Positions 63,707-64,000 of a DNA stretch of 64,000 nt are shown here, one piece after another. The DNA is from Sphaerodactylus townsendi (Eukaryota), in assembly GCF_021028975.2 (NCBI RefSeq), contig NC_059436.1, forward strand, positions 38,812,001 to 38,876,000, written 5' to 3'. Positions within the stretch are counted from its first letter, which is position 1, and every line of letters starts with the position of its first letter. A program made the position numbers and the translations under genes. The notes beneath the pieces were generated by a model, which made no database searches, had not been told where the DNA came from, and saw only the letters and a list, made by a program, of their open reading frames with translations.

Positions 63707-64000
63707 CCTAAATCTCCTGAATCTCTAAAATCAAGGTTGCGGTGAAAGTAACGTATCTTTTTCAGAAAAGGATTGACAAGTATTTTAGAAATTGCCTTTT
63801 AGGTTTAAATGCAGATTATGTAGGAAAAGGGACGACACGTATGCTTTTTAAATGTATAATCCCAGTTATATTTGCTAGTGTTTTCTGTAAAGTTGTGTTT
63901 CTGGTTTACTTCATATGTTCAAGAGTAGCTAAAGAGATTTTAAATAAAGTTCTTGAAAGACAACATTGAGTGATCGTTGGCTTGAATACGAGGTTTTCAC

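Overview
Vertebrate genomic DNA, almost certainly from a squamate and probably a gecko. This is inferred from its Squam3-like tRNA SINEs, BovB, CR1, L1, L2, R4/Dong and Penelope-like repeats. The window holds four genes. (1-2) Two tandem + strand paralogues of a CAZy GT92 (DUF23, galt-1-like / bird beta4GalT(Gal)-like) type II Golgi galactosyltransferase, each with its ORF in one exon (13463-14752 and 34287-35597). (3) A complete FBXW2 gene on the - strand: six coding exons, 1365 nt, 454 aa. Its predicted 5' leader has two back-to-back uORFs. (4) A divergent + strand gene sharing a CpG-rich bidirectional promoter (~56.6-57.4 kb) with FBXW2; its first coding exon (62696-62784) looks like SLC2A8/GLUT8. 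The rest is transposon-rich: a solo LTR, hAT/Tc1/Harbinger MITEs with target-site duplications (TSDs), nested LINEs, and short palindromic Penelope-derived elements carrying minimal hammerhead-ribozyme motifs. There is a 159-N assembly gap at 22634-22792. Best leads are the duplicated GT92 glycan-epitope locus, the FBXW2 uORF cassette, and the hammerhead-bearing foldback elements inside FBXW2 introns.
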